Part shown: positions 60,430-64,000 of the stretch, in pieces
Layout of the letters: every line of letters starts with the position of its first letter
How positions within the stretch are numbered: the stretch's first letter is position 1
Assembly: GCA_030390025.1 (NCBI GenBank)
Contig: CM059433.1
Location: 558,001 to 622,000, forward strand
Direction of reading: 5' to 3'
DNA length: 64,000 bases
Origin: Squalus acanthias
Lineage: Eukaryota
Translations under genes and position numbers: made by a program
The notes under the pieces: model-generated
Seen by the model: the letters and a program-made list of their open reading frames with translations, nothing else
The model's database searches: none
Told to the model about the DNA's origin: nothing

Positions 60430-61530
60430 ATTTATATAGCACCTTGTATTTATACAGCACCTTTAACGTAGTAAAACATCCTAAGGCACTTCACAGGAGC
60501 ATTATAAAACAAAATTTGACACCAAGCCACATGAGAAATTAGGGCAGATTGGTCAACGAGGTAGGTTTTAAGGAGCGTCTTAAAGGAGGGAAGAGAGGTT
60601 TAGGGAGGGAATTCCAGAGCTTAGGGCCCAGGCAGCTGAAGGCACGGCCGCCAATGGTTGAATCATTAAAATCAGGGATGCTCAAGGCCAGAATTAGAGG
60701 AGCGCAGATATCTCGGAGGGTTGTGGGCCTGGAGGAGATTAGAGATAGGGAGGGGAAGGGCGAGGCCGTGGAGGGATTTGAAAGCAAGAAAGAGAATTTT
60801 AAAATCCAGGCGATGCTTAACCAGGCGTCAGGATAGGTCAGCGAACACAGGGGTGATGGGCGAACAGGACTTGGTGCGAGTTAGGACACGAGCAGCCGAG
60901 TTTTGGATCACCTCAAGTTTATATGGGGTAGAATGTGGGAGGCCAGCCAGGAGTGCGTTGGAATAGTCAAGTCTGGAGTTAACAAAGGCATGGATGAGGG
61001 TTTCAGCAGCAGATAAGCTGAGGCTGGGGCGGAGTCGGGCGATGTTCCGGAGGTGGAAGTAGACGGTCTTTGTTATGCTGCGGATATGTGGTCGGAAGTT
61101 CATTTCAGGGTCAAATATGACACCAAGGTTGTGAACAGTGTGGATCAGCTTCAGACAGATGTTAGGGAGAGGGATGGAGTCAGTGACTAGGGAACAGAGT
61201 TTGTGGCGGGGACCGAAAACAATGGCTTCGGTCTTTCCAATATTTAGTTGGAGGAAATTTCTGCTCATCCAGTACTTGATGTCAGACAAGCAGTCTGACA
61301 ATTTAGAGACAGTGGAGGGGTTGAGAGAAGTGGTGCTGAGGTAGAGCTGGGTGTCGTCAGCGTACATGTGGAAACTGACGCTGTGTTTTCAGATGATGTT
61401 GCCGAGGGGCAGCATAGAGATGAGAAATAGGAGGGGCCAAGGATAGATCCTTGGGGGACACCAGAGTTAACGAAGCGGGAGTGGGAAGGGAAGCCATTGC
61501 AGGTGATTCTCTGGCTACGATTAGATAGAT
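60430..61530 (-). mobile_element. L2-type LINE RT and 3' end
   Basis: ORF 60828..61367 YADDTQLY...FLQLNIGKTE...LIHAFVNSRLDYSN. Confidence 0.92.
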
Positions 61531-61760
61531 TAGAATTCTAGCATCATAACATGTAAAATACATATTTCACAATAAAAAATTGATTTTCATGCCTTTCAGT
61601 ATTTTAATTATTCTTATTTTGAGGCTTAACCTCTCTCAAAAACCTGCACTTGGCAATTAACATTTTTCCCAGAGCTATCACCTTCACTTGTGCTGATCAC
61701 CAGGATACTGCAGTTTGAGCATTCGCAGAGCATATGCATAGGTATGAGTTACTCAGTGCA

Positions 61761-62391
61761 AGAGGATTTGAGTACAGGAGTAAAGAAGTCTTACTCCAAT
61801 TATATAGGGCCTTGGTGAGACCACACCTGAACTACTGTGTACAATTTTGGTCTCCTTACCGAAGGAAGGATATACTTGCCATAGAAGGAGTGCAACGAAG
61901 GTTCACGAGATTGATTCCTGGGATGGCGGGACTGTCGTATGAGAAGAGATTGAGTAAACTAGGCCTGTATTCTCTTGAATTCAGAAGAATGAGAGGGGGT
62001 CTCATTGAAGCATACAAAATTATTACAGGGCTTGATAGGGTGGATGCTGGGAGAATGTTTCCCTTGGCTGGGGAGTCTAAAACCAGGGGCCACAGCCTCA
62101 GGATAAAGGGTAGGCCATTCAGGACTGAGATGAGAAGAAATTTCTTCACACAGAGGGTGGTGAATCTTTGGAATTCTCTACCCCAGAGGGCTGTGGAGAC
62201 TCAGTCATTGGGTATATTCAAAACAGAAGTCGATAGATTTCTGACTAGTAAAGGCATCAAGGGATATGGCGGTAGGGCCGGTGAATGGAGTTGAGGCAGA
62301 AGATCAGCCATGATCTCGCTGAATGACGGAGAAGGCTCAAAGGGCCGAATGGCCGACTCCTGCTCCTATTTCTAATGTTCTTATGTTCTTA
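61761..62391 (+). mobile_element. CR1 3' fragment
   Basis: ORF 61734..62294; TSD AGTGCA at 61755 and 62392. Confidence 0.92.
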
Positions 62392-64000
62392 AGTGCATCT
62401 TTCCTCATTCTGTGTTGTTGTTTTTCCAAATGATTGGAAAACAAGCTGGAGAATTAATTTGAAATGTTTTTTCAAATAAAGTTTCAGATTTAAACTATTG
62501 TCGAATGCTTTATTTTCACTTGAGAGAGAAAACCTAGCTCAAAGAGAGGGAGATTACAACACTGGTATTTATTGTGTATTCTGTTTTTAATCCAGATTTC
62601 CAACATTTGCAGTTTTTCCTTTTGATTTTGATTTTGAATTGCATTTTTAGTTGCTGAGGGGGTTGTTTAGGGGGTGTTGGAGTTTCCTGGTGCTCCACCA
62701 CCAGGCAGAAGGAGGACAGGCCACTATTCCTTTGAAAGTTAACTACACATGTTCCTTGGTCTGAATCTATGCTACTTGTGGCTGCTGTGTATCCTCCCCT
62801 AAAAAGCACTTACTTAATATTCTAAAGGCAGCTGCATTGTTGAACAGGACTGATGGCATTTCAAAACCAAGAAGCTGCTCCATTGAGACAGACATCTCAG
62901 CTTTTCTGTTTGCTCATAATAAGCGATCTTGTCGGCTCCTCTTAATCTTTTCTTTTCTCCAGTGAAAACAAGTTCAGCTCTGATTCTCTCTGCAGAAGTC
63001 CCAAAATCATTGTCATTACCCTTCTTTGAATTCGCTCTAATACTTTCTTTTTAAATATATAGAGTGGCCAAAAGAGCAAACAAAATTCCAAATGTGGCCT
63101 CCACTATGAGCTACACCGGGGTACATAACCTTTTATAATTTAATTAAATGCCTATAATTCATCGCAGTGTTTGATAAGCCTTACTGATGATGGCCTCAGA
63201 CATGGGTGCAAAACATATGTGTTTGTAATTACAGGCTACTTTGTTTAGTTTTACACATCTGTAGGCTGTTAAAGCTCTTACTTTACAGCCATAATTTAGA
63301 ATAGAAAGTTAATTTTTCTTCACCCTTGCATTTTATCTAGACAAACTGATTGAACCACAAAGAGGGGAAAATATCAAGTTTGCCCAGCAAGCACTATCCT
63401 TCATTACAAGCAATAACCAACCCGCAGAACAGTTGATTGAAGTGTGTTAGCTGATTGATGGCAACCAAAGACTGTACACAATGCTTCACAGCCACTTGTC
63501 TGAGTGTTTATTGATGTATTTCATGAGTCTAATGTTACACTCTGTGTTGATGATAACTAGAAAGTGCGACATTCATACTTTCCAGATCTATTTACATTCA
63601 TAGCTATAGTTACTGTAATCTGCTACAGCCAACAGTAATTTCATTAGCTTTACTTAACAAACTATTTGTAGGTTATTATCAGTGCTGACATATGCTGTGT
63701 ATGAGAAACATTTTGCTTTCAATGAGGGTAGTAATGCTTTCTTATTGGGTGAGGCAGCATAGTTGACCTGAGTGCACTTCATCTTCTCCCACCTCGGTTT
63801 ACATTAGCTCTAAAACAAAAGCAACAGTCAGAAAATGTGCTGGTCAACATTTTATTCCTTTCTAATGCTTGTCTTCCTCCATGCTGTCCTGCTACTGGAA
63901 GAGTTAGATGATCTCCTTGAGCACCACCAGGGTCTCTCTGTATTGGACAACTGTGTCAGTTTAATGCAGCAGGACTGATTTTTTTCCTCCTTGCCAAAAA

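Noticed and set aside
1..64000. Most short ORFs in the six-frame track
   Set aside because: They are antisense or alternative frames of LINE, SINE and MITE sequence, or chance ORFs in intronic DNA without recognisable domains or splice support

Overview
Vertebrate genomic DNA, almost certainly from a cartilaginous fish (shark), judging by the repeat content: HER1-like CR1 LINEs, an HE1/V-SINE, Deu-domain SINEs and shark-type Penelope ends. The window holds the complete coding region of one + strand gene, CYRIA (FAM49A, CYFIP-related Rac1 interactor A), from 23475 to 52083. I assembled it by hand from GT-AG exons, most of which the ORF track misses. The standout observation is two tandem alternative first coding exons 211 nt apart, each with its own ATG. 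One encodes the mammalian CYRI-A N-terminus ([23 protein letters not shown], 325-aa product). The other encodes a CYRI-B-type N-terminus with Cys10 ([24 protein letters not shown], 326-aa product). Including both gives an immediate stop codon, so they look mutually exclusive and may switch N-terminal lipidation. The rest of the window is mostly transposon-derived: many CR1, L2 and RTE fragments and SINEs; Penelope-like ends with minimal hammerhead ribozyme cores, one inside a perfect 189-bp palindrome; a 5' half hAT transposon with an apparent in-frame micro-inversion; and PIF/Harbinger-type non-autonomous elements with 3-bp TSDs that host nested insertions. No promoter or 5' non-coding exon could be firmly located. 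Repeat family names come from my recognition of the sequences, not from a database search, and repeat boundaries are approximate unless a TSD is given.
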